This document shows, piece by piece, positions 9,417-18,396 of a stretch of 64,000 bases of DNA. A model generated the notes under the pieces. That model was not told where the DNA came from. It saw only the letters and a program-made list of their open reading frames with translations, and searched no databases. The stretch is from a virus (Duplodnaviria > Caudoviricetes), in the IMG/VR virus record IMGVR_UViG_3300032233_002382, positions 32,001-96,000 of that record; one strand, 5' to 3'. Within the stretch, counting starts at the first letter, position 1, and each line of letters opens with the position of its first letter. The position numbers were made by a program, and so were the translations under genes.

Positions 9417-10184
9417 TTAAAATCCTAGATCGTCTTCACCAAACCCAAGGTCATCAAATTCATCCTCGGACGGTTTCTTAGTGGATGATGGGTTTTGTTT
9501 CAACTTAGACTGGAATGGTTTATTGAGTCCAATAAGTGCCTCTTCGAGGTATCCCTTGAAAACGTCTTCTGATCTTTCTCCAACGGCGGTTTCAAGATCA
9601 TGGGTTGCAAGATAATCTTTAATCTTCTTCAAACCTAGTACCTTTTGAAGCACGTTATTTAGTGCCTTTTCAGGGGACATGGGTTTCTTCTTATCATACA
9701 ACATATCCAGGTAATACTTCTGGATTTCAGGGTGTTTTTCCAGCTCCGAGCGGATTAGAAGGATCATATCCTCAAGATCCTTCGGTCGACCTGAACGAAC
9801 TTTCAGTGCGGTCAGGGCGTGCTGGCTTATGACTGGGACTCCGTCTCGGATTGTCGGATCAGATAAGGCATCAGAAGGCAGGCCATCTGCAAAAAGAAAA
9901 TCGACCTCTATGCCGAGGTGTTCGGTTGACCAAATCGGCAATTTCCCGGAAGGCGTTTCGCTGGATTTGCCTCCTGGGAACAGACGTTTAATTTGCTGTT
10001 TGGATCTAGAATCCACCAAGATGTCTATATCTTGCGTGGTCCGTCCGCTTATGTAAGTTCCCATAGCGATGCCGCCGACCACAGCATGCGGGATCCGATT
10101 ACTAGTCAGTGTTTGCGAAATGTCCTTCACGACCTCTCGAAGGTTCTCGCCAACTTCTTCGTAAGCCGCATAACGTAAGATCAT
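9417..10184 (-). CDS. nucleotidyltransferase, AbiEii/MenT/DUF6036-like
   Basis: VVGGIAM....GRTTQDIDILV and KVRSGRPKDLED motifs. Confidence 0.75.
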   Translation of the reverse strand: MILRYAAYEEVGENLREVVKDISQTLTSNRIPHAVVGGIAMGTYISGRTTQDIDILVDSRSKQQIKRLFPGGKSSETPSGKLPIWSTEHLGIEVDFLFADGLPSDALSDPTIRDGVPVISQHALTALKVRSGRPKDLEDMILLIRSELEKHPEIQKYYLDMLYDKKKPMSPEKALNNVLQKVLGLKKIKDYLATHDLETAVGERSEDVFKGYLEEALIGLNKPFQSKLKQNPSSTKKPSEDEFDDLGFGEDDLGF

Positions 10185-10197
10185 CCGGAGCCTCCAT

Positions 10198-10458
10198 ATG
10201 GAGAAACAATTAAAGATGTCTTACGGCGATCACCGGATGGTGGCTACCAAAACATTTGATCCCATGGCCGCAAATTTAACGATTCATCTTCATTGTGAAT
10301 CATGCAATAGTCACATCCAGTCGCGATATACCGAGTTTGAACAAGTCCTGAACCCTTCATTTTACGAAGACTTCTTCGAAAGCGCTTGCCGAATATTTCG
10401 AAAAACATTTCCTGAATCGTGTGATGAAACTAAAGTCAAACAAGTTCACGATTCTTGA
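10198..10458 (+). CDS. Zn-binding miniprotein with C-terminal tag
   Basis: CESC...CDETKVKQVHDS. Confidence 0.65.
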   Translation: MEKQLKMSYGDHRMVATKTFDPMAANLTIHLHCESCNSHIQSRYTEFEQVLNPSFYEDFFESACRIFRKTFPESCDETKVKQVHDS

Positions 10459-10555
10459 TGTACGGCAGAAGTCTCCAAAATCCGGGAAGACGGAATTCGT
10501 TCGGGTCTGGCACATACTGACGAAGTACATGGCATAGATTCAATTTGTTTTCGAA

Positions 10556-10891
10556 TTACTCATGATGCACGGAGTCAGCTATCCAGTATTGAGTCGCGAC
10601 CTGTACCATAGTCTCGACTACCTGATCCACTGTCGGATTCGGCGGACACTTGGCGAGACAGGGTGTTCTTGCTTGCCAGCCAACGTCCTGAGTGATTCCA
10701 AGATCGCCCATTAGAGCTAAGTCATCGCCTGCTTGGCTCGAGAGCATACTTCCGAACCTCAAGAGCCACGTGCTTCGATCATTCAAGTCATCTTCCGTTG
10801 CTTCCACATTAACTTCCCATACTTCAAAAAGGTCTCCGTGACGTTCATTGAACGCTTTGGAGACCTTTCCGATAAACTCCTGGGTCACCAC
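10556..10891 (-). CDS. hypothetical protein with tag (ADSVHHE)
   Basis: ORF, GGAG SD. Confidence 0.65.
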   Translation of the reverse strand: MVTQEFIGKVSKAFNERHGDLFEVWEVNVEATEDDLNDRSTWLLRFGSMLSSQAGDDLALMGDLGITQDVGWQARTPCLAKCPPNPTVDQVVETMVQVATQYWIADSVHHE

Positions 10892-11196
10892 TGCTCCTTC
10901 CTCCAGTCCCGCTTAGTTTCACGGGACTTTCGGCGATCCTTCATGATGCGGGTACCAGCCTTTCCGGCCAGCACCATCTGCATCGCAATGTAATTTCGCG
11001 GCTTCTTGACTTCAATTCTCATCTCAAGCTTCGGCTTGTCCATTTGATCCTCCATCAACCAAACGAGCGAACGATCCAATTTCCGAATTCGTTTGACTGT
11101 GGTGTAATTTGTTGTATGGCAGAGAAGCGACCGATACTCGTCATTAAGGGTCAAGCGGCGCTTCCGTTTGCTGATATATGCACAAATAAGCGTCAC
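10885..11196 (-). CDS. basic hypothetical protein
   Basis: KPRNYIAMQM..RK.G pattern; true start probably internal. Confidence 0.5.
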   Translation of the reverse strand: MTLICAYISKRKRRLTLNDEYRSLLCHTTNYTTVKRIRKLDRSLVWLMEDQMDKPKLEMRIEVKKPRNYIAMQMVLAGKAGTRIMKDRRKSRETKRDWRKEQW

Positions 11197-11271
11197 GTAT
11201 CTTATCTGAGACCGATCTTTGAGTGTAATGCTCCTTCATGCGCTCCGAAAAAACTACACGCAGCTTAATAA

Positions 11272-11577
11272 ATGCCTAGAATCGCACATTCGAAACGCCC
11301 TGGTAGTCTTCGTCGCAAACATAACCGCGAGCGGTTGATTAAAGCGCGTATTTTATTGAAAGAGAAAGAAATTCATATACGCGAAGTCGAACAGCTCACC
11401 GGGATCGGAGTAGGACAAACAACCCTGATGATCCAGGGTAAAGCCAGAATGGATCAAGTTACTGTTATGCTAATAGAGACGATCGCGAAGTATCCATCAA
11501 CGATGCGTCAGATTGAGCTCATGTGGCAAGGCCATACAATTGATGAAGTTGCGGCCATCATGGTTCATGAATCATGA
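11272..11577 (+). CDS. putative HTH protein with tag (IMVHES)
   Basis: IREVEQLTGIGVGQTTLMIQG resembles an XRE HTH. Confidence 0.55.
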   Translation: MPRIAHSKRPGSLRRKHNRERLIKARILLKEKEIHIREVEQLTGIGVGQTTLMIQGKARMDQVTVMLIETIAKYPSTMRQIELMWQGHTIDEVAAIMVHES

Positions 11578-11804
11578 ACTTGCCATGCTGCGTGTTCGTC
11601 GCAGTCTAGAGCTGTGTGAATTCCATCATAAATTTCGATCCTTGCGTCATTCGGTGGCTTGTCGTTCGCCAACCAAGCAAGGCGTCTATCAATATCAGAA
11701 CTCGTGCCTCCGCACTTACGACAAACCCAGTAGTCGCCTAGTCGGAGTTTCCCGATTTCAGATGGTACTTCATGCGGTTTAATATAGAACCACAAATGAG
11801 CCAT
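11565..11804 (-). CDS. HxW-CxxC-C zinc-finger miniprotein
   Basis: MAHLW...WVCRKC...PP...CDEHAAWQVHDS. Confidence 0.75.
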   Translation of the reverse strand: MAHLWFYIKPHEVPSEIGKLRLGDYWVCRKCGGTSSDIDRRLAWLANDKPPNDARIEIYDGIHTALDCDEHAAWQVHDS

Positions 11805-11816
11805 TTCAAACAGTAC

Positions 11817-12182
11817 TTATGCTTCCATCATTTCTCTTACGATTTTCTCATTCTTAACGTCGTCACAAGTTAATATAACGCACCCAGTAGTTGCGGCTCC
11901 GAAGAGAATAGTTATGTACATTCCACCATGTGCCATAGATCCGCATTTAGTACACTGACCACCAAACCGGTTCGAACGCACCCAGTGTCCGTAGTTTTCC
12001 TTTGAATGCTTTAAATTCCATACGACATCATAAACGAATCGAATTGGAGTCCATATGCGCCAATAACGCATATATGTCTCTTTATAAACCATGGTGAAAA
12101 TTAATCCGAGGAATGGACCAATTATGAAGACAATCATGAAGATCTCTTGAGTCATTCGATATCCGTTTATATTGGTGTTCAC
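11817..12182 (-). CDS. membrane-anchored HxW-CxxC-C zinc-finger protein
   Basis: TM helix then GHW...CTKC...CDDVKNEKIVREMMEA. Confidence 0.7.
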   Translation of the reverse strand: MNTNINGYRMTQEIFMIVFIIGPFLGLIFTMVYKETYMRYWRIWTPIRFVYDVVWNLKHSKENYGHWVRSNRFGGQCTKCGSMAHGGMYITILFGAATTGCVILTCDDVKNEKIVREMMEA

Positions 12183-12428
12183 TCATGACTTATGGATCTG
12201 AGCTACCATGAGCTCATCGCATGTCATGTGGTTTCCTCCCCCGACCCATATTTTAGCTTCGTTTGGTGGTTTGTCTGAGACGAAATGGAACATCCAAGAT
12301 GCTATGTTCTTATGAGTTGCACTACACTTAGTACACTGCCATTCATTATGAGAACCCCTGTCGACTAATTCCCATTTATGGCTCATGAGCTCGTTACATA
12401 GCGAACAATGCAATCTCTGTCCAAACAT
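12183..12428 (-). CDS. HxW-CxxC-C zinc-finger miniprotein (start likely MSHKW)
   Basis: HKW...WQCTKC...PP...CDELMVAQIHKS. Confidence 0.75.
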   Translation of the reverse strand: MFGQRLHCSLCNELMSHKWELVDRGSHNEWQCTKCSATHKNIASWMFHFVSDKPPNEAKIWVGGGNHMTCDELMVAQIHKS

Positions 12429-12544
12429 TCTTTAGCTTCAATTCCATGCCGACATTTTTCCTGAACAAACAAATCATTCAGATTGTATGGCTCGTGAAGG
12501 AGATCTGCAATTGCATTTGCGATAAAGGCAAGTATGATTCTCAC
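12383..12544 (-). CDS. CxH-x6-C-x4-C miniprotein (53 aa, not in track)
   Basis: Manual translation ending KCRHGIEAKECLDRDCIVRYVTSS; paralog of 12740-13329 ORFs. Confidence 0.6.
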   Translation of the reverse strand: MRIILAFIANAIADLLHEPYNLNDLFVQEKCRHGIEAKECLDRDCIVRYVTSS

Positions 12545-12756
12545 GATTTCATCACCTGGGCTAACACTATCTGATGGCAGTGGTAGAATGCTGCCTTACC
12601 GTGTCCGTCTATGATCGTTATCTGAAATTCCGGGAGTGGTTTACCGTAGTGTTGACATACTTTATATCCGCAGTTCTGACATCGATACCAAATCTCGCCA
12701 TACTCACTTTCGTCATCAGTCAGCTGCCAGTCATGATGTTCAAGATCCATGAACAA
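12541..12756 (-). CDS. HxW-CxxC-C zinc-finger miniprotein
   Basis: HDW...YRCQNC...CHQIVLAQVMKS. Confidence 0.75.
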   Translation of the reverse strand: MFMDLEHHDWQLTDDESEYGEIWYRCQNCGYKVCQHYGKPLPEFQITIIDGHGKAAFYHCHQIVLAQVMKS

Positions 12757-12967
12757 ACGCTGCCTGACATTCGGGATCTTCGCAGTATCGAATATCCCGT
12801 GAATGTTTACATATGTTGTTCAGGGCCCTCATGATCCTAGCGTCTTCTTCTGCCTGTATTTGGAGCTTCATCTGATGTTCTAGATGCGACATAATATCAA
12901 CCGACACAGAATCGACCAAAGCATTCGATGTGGACTCCAGAACGATCTTTCTCAGTTTATTGATCAT
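12740..12967 (-). CDS. CxH-x6-C-x4-C miniprotein
   Basis: CKHSRDIRYCEDPECQAAFVHGS. Confidence 0.7.
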   Translation of the reverse strand: MINKLRKIVLESTSNALVDSVSVDIMSHLEHQMKLQIQAEEDARIMRALNNICKHSRDIRYCEDPECQAAFVHGS

Positions 12968-13175
12968 GAATCAACTCGACTATGCACGATTTATCGTCAC
13001 ATTTTTCTGCTTCTTTAAGATGCTTACATATCGAATACCTACCATATATGGATCCGAATAAAATCGATTTCGCATCATTTCGGATTAAATTAATTTCTTG
13101 TTCGAAGTGTTCATTCGTCGTGGATGTACTCAGCGACGCATTTAGGGTTATCGCATTCACCTGGTCTTTTATCAT
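12957..13175 (-). CDS. CxH-x6-C-x4-C miniprotein
   Basis: CKHLKEAEKCDDKSCIVELIHDQ. Confidence 0.7.
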   Translation of the reverse strand: MIKDQVNAITLNASLSTSTTNEHFEQEINLIRNDAKSILFGSIYGRYSICKHLKEAEKCDDKSCIVELIHDQ

Positions 13176-13329
13176 GTTCGCAGTTCCATTTCAGGCCGTA
13201 AATCAATGCGTCGTGTACGCTCGGTGGATACCTGTTCATATGTGCCTGACTATGCTTCTTAGCCATTTCAAGCCACTTCTTTTTGTCCTCTTCCGTCACT
13301 TCCGGGATCGGAAACCTGATCGAGGTCAT
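13111..13329 (-). CDS. CxH-x6-C-x4-C miniprotein
   Basis: CEHDKRPGECDNPKCVAEYIHDE. Confidence 0.7.
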   Translation of the reverse strand: MTSIRFPIPEVTEEDKKKWLEMAKKHSQAHMNRYPPSVHDALIYGLKWNCEHDKRPGECDNPKCVAEYIHDE

Positions 13330-14014
13330 TTAGGACTCCCACGACTCGGAGCATGTCGTCCGCAACCAGGTTCAGTTTATCATCCACGTCGGGAAAGCGC
13401 TCGCGCAGCAGCGGGAGCACGGTCTGCCGGAGCCAGACGCGGGTGTAGCGGTCGTTTGAGTTGCTCGGATCGGTTGCGGCCTCGAGCCGGTGGACGCCGC
13501 AGTACGCAGCGAGAGCGGAACGCGACACGCGCAGCAGCGGACGGAAGACGCGACCGGACAGCGGCGGCAACACGGCGAGCGAGCCAGCGCCCGACGCACG
13601 CAGCAGGCGGAGCAGCACCGTCTCCGCCCTGTCGTCGCTGTGGTGCGCGGTCACAACCCAATCAGCGCCGTACCGGATTCGGGCGTCATAGAGCTCGGTG
13701 TAGCGACCGTCCCTGGCTCGCGCCTGGATATTGCCGCCCGGCTCGACCTGGATTCGGCGAGTCTCGTAGGTGATCCCAAGAGACCTCGACAATTTCTCGG
13801 CGAGCTGAAGTTCTGAATCGGCTTCAGGACGAATCCCGTGATTCACTCCAACGGCTGCCACGACTTCGTGGCCGAGCTTCTTCGCTACGTGCGGGAATGC
13901 TTTAAGGAGGGCTTGGGAGTCAGGACCGCCGCTCACAGCCAAGACAAACTTCTGTGGATTCGAAAAAGATTCTTTCAGCGACTTCTCGATCGAGCCATTG
14001 ACCGTCATGATCAT
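13268..14014 (-). CDS. tilS: tRNA(Ile)-lysidine synthetase, catalytic domain only
   Basis: AVSGGPDS, VNHGIR, ARDGRY, TAHHSDDRAETVL, RPLL, DPSN, R..LR..VLP motifs. Confidence 0.93.
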   Translation of the reverse strand: MIMTVNGSIEKSLKESFSNPQKFVLAVSGGPDSQALLKAFPHVAKKLGHEVVAAVGVNHGIRPEADSELQLAEKLSRSLGITYETRRIQVEPGGNIQARARDGRYTELYDARIRYGADWVVTAHHSDDRAETVLLRLLRASGAGSLAVLPPLSGRVFRPLLRVSRSALAAYCGVHRLEAATDPSNSNDRYTRVWLRQTVLPLLRERFPDVDDKLNLVADDMLRVVGVLNDLDQVSDPGSDGRGQKEVA

Positions 14015-14028
14015 ACCCCAAAATACAA

Positions 14029-14060
14029 CGAGGCCCCCGTCGAATTCGACGGGGGCCTCG
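14029..14060. repeat. perfect 32-bp palindrome
   Basis: cgaggcccccgtcgaa|ttcgacgggggcctcg. Confidence 0.85.
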
Positions 14061-14071
14061 CAAAACTTCCG

Positions 14072-14449
14072 TTAGGCCTGGCCGACCTGAGGTGACATTC
14101 GAGGATCCGCAGCGATCATCTGTCGTGCGACCTCCATTCCGCGACCACGGACGATCACGCTCATGTAGTCGCCCGTCACGCCATACCGATCAAACGCGAA
14201 TTGCGTCTTGGTTCCACGCTTGATCAGTGGGAGATGACCGGCTCGGCGGAGAGACTCCACGTCAACTCCGCCTCGCTGGCCTCGCTTGTAGTCGTATCCG
14301 TCGAACTTCGCGACGTCCTCAAGGAACTCCTGGAAATCCTCCTCGGTCGTCACAACGGACGTCATCTTCCAAGGACCGGGATCCCCGACCGGGGACTTCG
14401 TGAGGACTTCGAACTCATGAACGCTAAAGGTATCCTGGCTCATCTGCAT
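14072..14449 (-). CDS. hypothetical protein
   Basis: ORF, AAGGAG SD. Confidence 0.7.
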   Translation of the reverse strand: MQMSQDTFSVHEFEVLTKSPVGDPGPWKMTSVVTTEEDFQEFLEDVAKFDGYDYKRGQRGGVDVESLRRAGHLPLIKRGTKTQFAFDRYGVTGDYMSVIVRGRGMEVARQMIAADPRMSPQVGQA

Positions 14450-14636
14450 CTCCTTAGATAAACTCTCGGGTGGTCTTCCCGTCGGGGTGGAATTGCACGA
14501 TAACGTCCTTCTTGCCGCTTGCGATCATGTTCATGGCGATCTCCCACTCGAGACTCGCCTCAGGAGGAGCACCGGGGTTGGAGAGGACTGACATGTAGAT
14601 CGGGATGCTCATCTTCTGCGATTGCACTACGCCTCC

Positions 14637-15062
14637 TTAGGGAAAACTAGCGGAATGGCCGCCAAGATCGGTGAACACCTTCGGGTCAATCCCCGGCTTC
14701 TGAGACTTCGCATCTGCCACAACGACTGTGCGGGTCTTATCTTGCATCACCTCACGCACCTTCTCGAGCACCTCCGGAAGAGCGCGCCGGACTTCGGAGA
14801 TGATGACGGTGGCGTCCGGAGACGTCGACCGGACCTCAGCCGAGAACGTTTCGACGTCCATCATATCGACCTCGAGCAAGATCGGCTCAATCCCCTTCTT
14901 CCAACATTCTTCCTTTACCATCATAACAGCTCCGGTCGAGCTGCCGGTCGTTACCAAGAGCGGTTCCCCTGGCTTCATTAGATCCCCGAGAGACGTTCCC
15001 TTGCCGTGGTCACATGACTGGCTCATCAACACCTCCAACGGACGAGCGCCGCGCCCGCCCAC
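14637..15062 (-). CDS. hypothetical, possibly degenerate P-loop/AAA fragment
   Basis: LLVTTGSSTG and VIISE weakly recall Walker A/B. Confidence 0.5.
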   Translation of the reverse strand: MGGRGARPLEVLMSQSCDHGKGTSLGDLMKPGEPLLVTTGSSTGAVMMVKEECWKKGIEPILLEVDMMDVETFSAEVRSTSPDATVIISEVRRALPEVLEKVREVMQDKTRTVVVADAKSQKPGIDPKVFTDLGGHSASFP

Positions 15063-15112
15063 ACAAGGGACGAGCGCGGCGTCCGACTTCCAGATTTACT
15101 TCAGTGGTAGTT

Positions 15113-15709
15113 CTATCCTTTGTCAGTCTCATGGAGAATCTTCTCGATCAACGCCACCCGATACTTCTTTCTCTTAATCTCCTGAAGCTTACTAATTAAG
15201 AGTTGGTTCTGCTTGGCAAGCTCCTGATATTCCCAGACTTCTTTCGGAATCTCGTCATCGGGGACCCGAATTTTCATGCAGAGAGACTCGATGGGTGGTT
15301 TTTCCGCCACGAGTTCATATTCGTACTTACCGTCGAAAATCTCACTCTGACGGAAGTAAATATCGATCTCGGTACCAGGAATCACTAATTCGATCGAAGG
15401 AACGACTTTGGATAGGCTCTTCGGAATGTAGTCGAGAGGACCGTTTGAGTGGGCACCGACCTTGCCAAAGATGAGATTCATTTTCTTCTGAACTTCGGCG
15501 AGTTCCTGGTTGATCAGCTCCTCGGCCTTTGCCGCGATATAGTCGGCAATTTCGGATACGGTGAGCTTGCTCTCGGCATATGTTGCCATCAGGTTGGCCG
15601 TAATTCCATCAATCTTTTCAATCGCGCCAGTCTTCGACATATCGAACCTCCAAAATGGTGACGCCCTGCGCGTCCCACAGAGGGAACGAGCGGGGCGTCC
15701 GACTTCCAT
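15113..15709 (-). CDS. hypothetical protein (start likely MSKTG)
   Basis: ORF behind motif copy. Confidence 0.7.
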   Translation of the reverse strand: MEVGRPARSLCGTRRASPFWRFDMSKTGAIEKIDGITANLMATYAESKLTVSEIADYIAAKAEELINQELAEVQKKMNLIFGKVGAHSNGPLDYIPKSLSKVVPSIELVIPGTEIDIYFRQSEIFDGKYEYELVAEKPPIESLCMKIRVPDDEIPKEVWEYQELAKQNQLLISKLQEIKRKKYRVALIEKILHETDKG

Positions 15710-15938
15710 ATCTGATTTAAGGGATCCGATATTTCACTTCAATAAGTTAGTCGAACGGGTAGTAGTCTCGGATTCACACACCCATCAACCCTGAACTAGT
15801 GCCGGTCTTTCATTATACGTAAGTCGCTTCTCTCTGAAAGTGTAGTTGTCCCGGCATCACTTTCACATCAAAGAGTCGCCTAGGCTAGCCTTACGACCAG
15901 CCCGTACTAACTAGAGAACCATACATAGGGCCTCCTTT

Positions 15939-16268
15939 CTAAGAGTTATGGACTTCATAGACGGGTCGGTTTTTGATCTTATTCGCGATCGTGATTCCGA
16001 TCTTCCGAAGGTTCATCATTGATTCAGGCCTGAAGCGAACTCGATAAAACATACGAGGGTGTTGCTCAACCGTCATCACGTAAACCGAGACTTCGCGTTC
16101 ATCAACGCCGATCGAGAGGTTGTAGGAGTGATCATCTTTCGTGATTAGGATGTCCCATCCCTCATGAGCCTCCGCTCGCATCTTAAACCTAGGACGGTTG
16201 AAGACGGAGCGGAGGCTCGTCGAGACGTGATCCCTTAGAGCGTAGAATGGCTCGCGACTATGCAGCAC
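15939..16268 (-). CDS. hypothetical protein with tag (VYEVHNS)
   Basis: ORF. Confidence 0.65.
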   Translation of the reverse strand: MLHSREPFYALRDHVSTSLRSVFNRPRFKMRAEAHEGWDILITKDDHSYNLSIGVDEREVSVYVMTVEQHPRMFYRVRFRPESMMNLRKIGITIANKIKNRPVYEVHNS

Positions 16269-16662
16269 TCTTCTTCGCCTTCTGGATTGCCTGAGCGTAC
16301 TTGGTCAGCTCGTAAACAGCTCTCTCAAACCGGCTGTGCGCTCGCGACCAATCCTGCTTACACTCGAGAGATTGCTTCTCCCAGTCAGCCCCCTTCTCCT
16401 TCTCGAAGCGCTTGAAGTGGTCGTTCTTGTCGTCGTGGGCGTTCACAAGTTCCTCGAGAAGAGAATCGAGTCCCTTGTCCAGCGCCTTGGCCTCGATCTC
16501 AAGACTGTAGAGTCGTGTGCTGACGGCCTTGTTCAGTTCAGTCGTCGCGTTACGGATGGTTTCGATCGCCTTCGTGATCATCTCGGTCTCGGTCATCATA
16601 ACCCCCAAAGAGGGCGGGAGAATCCGCCCACACAACAAACGCACCGACGGCCCGATTTCCAT
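16258..16662 (-). CDS. coiled-coil protein
   Basis: Helical heptads; motif copy at the 5' end. Confidence 0.65.
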   Translation of the reverse strand: MEIGPSVRLLCGRILPPSLGVMMTETEMITKAIETIRNATTELNKAVSTRLYSLEIEAKALDKGLDSLLEELVNAHDDKNDHFKRFEKEKGADWEKQSLECKQDWSRAHSRFERAVYELTKYAQAIQKAKKSAA

Positions 16663-16796
16663 ACTGACTTCAGACTTCCCACCATTGAGCCAAGAACATA
16701 CCGATTAGTGACGTCCAAATACAAGACCACCGAAGGGTCTCATCGGTTGCAAATACACCGATAAAGAACATGAACGAAAGAATACCTTGAGTTCTC

Positions 16797-17060
16797 TTAG
16801 TCAACGTTAACCATCTGTTCAGCAATGACCCTTCGTTCAGTTCGCCTGTTCACTCGTGCAGTATCTCCATCCTTCCTCGCGTGGCACATTCCCGAGTGGT
16901 CTGAACAATTACACCCGAGGGCACTGCGCTTCCTGAACTTCCCAGGCTCCTCAGCGTCCTGCTTAGTGGACCAGCTGAACCAGGAATAGACCCGCTGGCG
17001 GAGCTTAGCCCGCTTGGCAACGATCTTCCCGTTCCGATGCCGACGCTCTGATCTATGCAT
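16797..17060 (-). CDS. Arg-rich small protein
   Basis: ORF coupled to upstream gene; C.C..C/H. Confidence 0.6.
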   Translation of the reverse strand: MHRSERRHRNGKIVAKRAKLRQRVYSWFSWSTKQDAEEPGKFRKRSALGCNCSDHSGMCHARKDGDTARVNRRTERRVIAEQMVNVD

Positions 17061-17539
17061 TAGTCCTCCACTTGGACTTCATGAACCGAATAAGGAACGG
17101 TCTGAACGAACTCAATCATCTGTTCCCGACGCTCATCGCCCGCAGGAAGCAGACGATAAACGGTCTGGAAATAGCGAACAAATCGCTCAAGCTCCTCGTG
17201 CGATCCAGACTCCTTGATCGTGTTAAAATCTACCTCCATCGACTCTTCTTCCTCGTTATGGATCTCGATCGGAGTGATCAGGTCCTTGAACTGCTCCATG
17301 AACTTGATGCCGTCCTCTTGCATGAAGCTCCATACCCCGTCGTTCAGGTAAGTGATAAAATTGCTTGAGAGGACGAGATCCTCATTTGCTGCGTTACAGG
17401 CCTTGCGCGCCTTCTCCTCGCTCTTATAAAGAGAGCGCGGGCTTGAATAACCCTCTGTCGCGTTATAGTAGTTGTCGTCGTACTCGTAGTGGGTTTCAAG
17501 AACCGCGTACATCAACTGAGTGCTCTTCTTCTTAGCCAT
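17060..17539 (-). CDS. acidic hypothetical protein
   Basis: ORF, TAATG coupling. Confidence 0.7.
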   Translation of the reverse strand: MAKKKSTQLMYAVLETHYEYDDNYYNATEGYSSPRSLYKSEEKARKACNAANEDLVLSSNFITYLNDGVWSFMQEDGIKFMEQFKDLITPIEIHNEEEESMEVDFNTIKESGSHEELERFVRYFQTVYRLLPAGDERREQMIEFVQTVPYSVHEVQVED

Positions 17540-17961
17540 TAGTCCACCACCTCAACATTGTGACGGGAAAGGGAAATGGTCATCGGACGGGGCTTGATCT
17601 CAGGAGCGCCCATCCACGGCTCCATCGGGAGAGAAGCAAGACACTTTTCAAGCGTCGGAATGTGGCCTAGATCTTCGATCACATGAGCCTCGAGGATATC
17701 ACGCACCGCAACGGTCTTTCCATCCGAGTTTGTGATATAGACCCCGAACTTATCTTGGCCTTGGTAGATCCCCCAGGCGTTATGGAGAATCATCCGGTGC
17801 CTCATGTCGGGCACCAGCATTTTCGTGTGGTCCATCCACTCATGAAGCGGGATGTAGTCGTCGAGCTTGCCGCCGAACTTACGAACAGAATTCTTGGCGT
17901 GCGTCAAAGGCTTCATGCGAACCTCCACCGGAGAAACGAGCGGAGCGACCGACTTCCACAT
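17539..17961 (-). CDS. DUF6915-like protein (start likely MKPLTHA)
   Basis: HAKNSVRKFGG..DY..LH.W.D.TK....D.RHR..LH...G....FG...TNSDGK.V.VR...E.HV.EDLG.IP pattern. Confidence 0.8.
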   Translation of the reverse strand: MWKSVAPLVSPVEVRMKPLTHAKNSVRKFGGKLDDYIPLHEWMDHTKMLVPDMRHRMILHNAWGIYQGQDKFGVYITNSDGKTVAVRDILEAHVIEDLGHIPTLEKCLASLPMEPWMGAPEIKPRPMTISLSRHNVEVVD

Positions 17962-17966
17962 TTACT

Positions 17967-18395
17967 TCAGTGCTCGTATGGGTGTGGAACGACAACAACT
18001 TCTCCATCTTCAGTCTCAACTTCCACCGATCGGTTTTCCAGCACCTTCATCTGCAACTTCGGGCTAGTTCCAGCAAAGGCTAGAATTAGGGCTTCATCTG
18101 GGTGGATGGCTTCGTGGTGACCTTCCCCGCACCACATGAACATCCGGATTGGTGGGAAAATGTCCATGTACTTAAGCTTCGGATGATCGATCTTGATGAC
18201 TAGACAGTCTTCAACCCGAGTCTCACCGACTTCCCAAGCGTATCCGTGAGTTTCAATCATTCCCTTGATGCAGGTGCGAGCCCAGCCAGGAAGAGACTTA
18301 ACGTCTTGCTTCTCGAACTTCATCCCGGAATTGACGAGCTCTTCGAACTTATCTGAAACTCTCGCGATCAGATCGTCGATTTCCTTGTCGGTCAT
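17967..18395 (-). CDS. hypothetical protein
   Basis: ORF. Confidence 0.7.
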   Translation of the reverse strand: MTDKEIDDLIARVSDKFEELVNSGMKFEKQDVKSLPGWARTCIKGMIETHGYAWEVGETRVEDCLVIKIDHPKLKYMDIFPPIRMFMWCGEGHHEAIHPDEALILAFAGTSPKLQMKVLENRSVEVETEDGEVVVVPHPYEH

Positions 18396-18396
18396 C

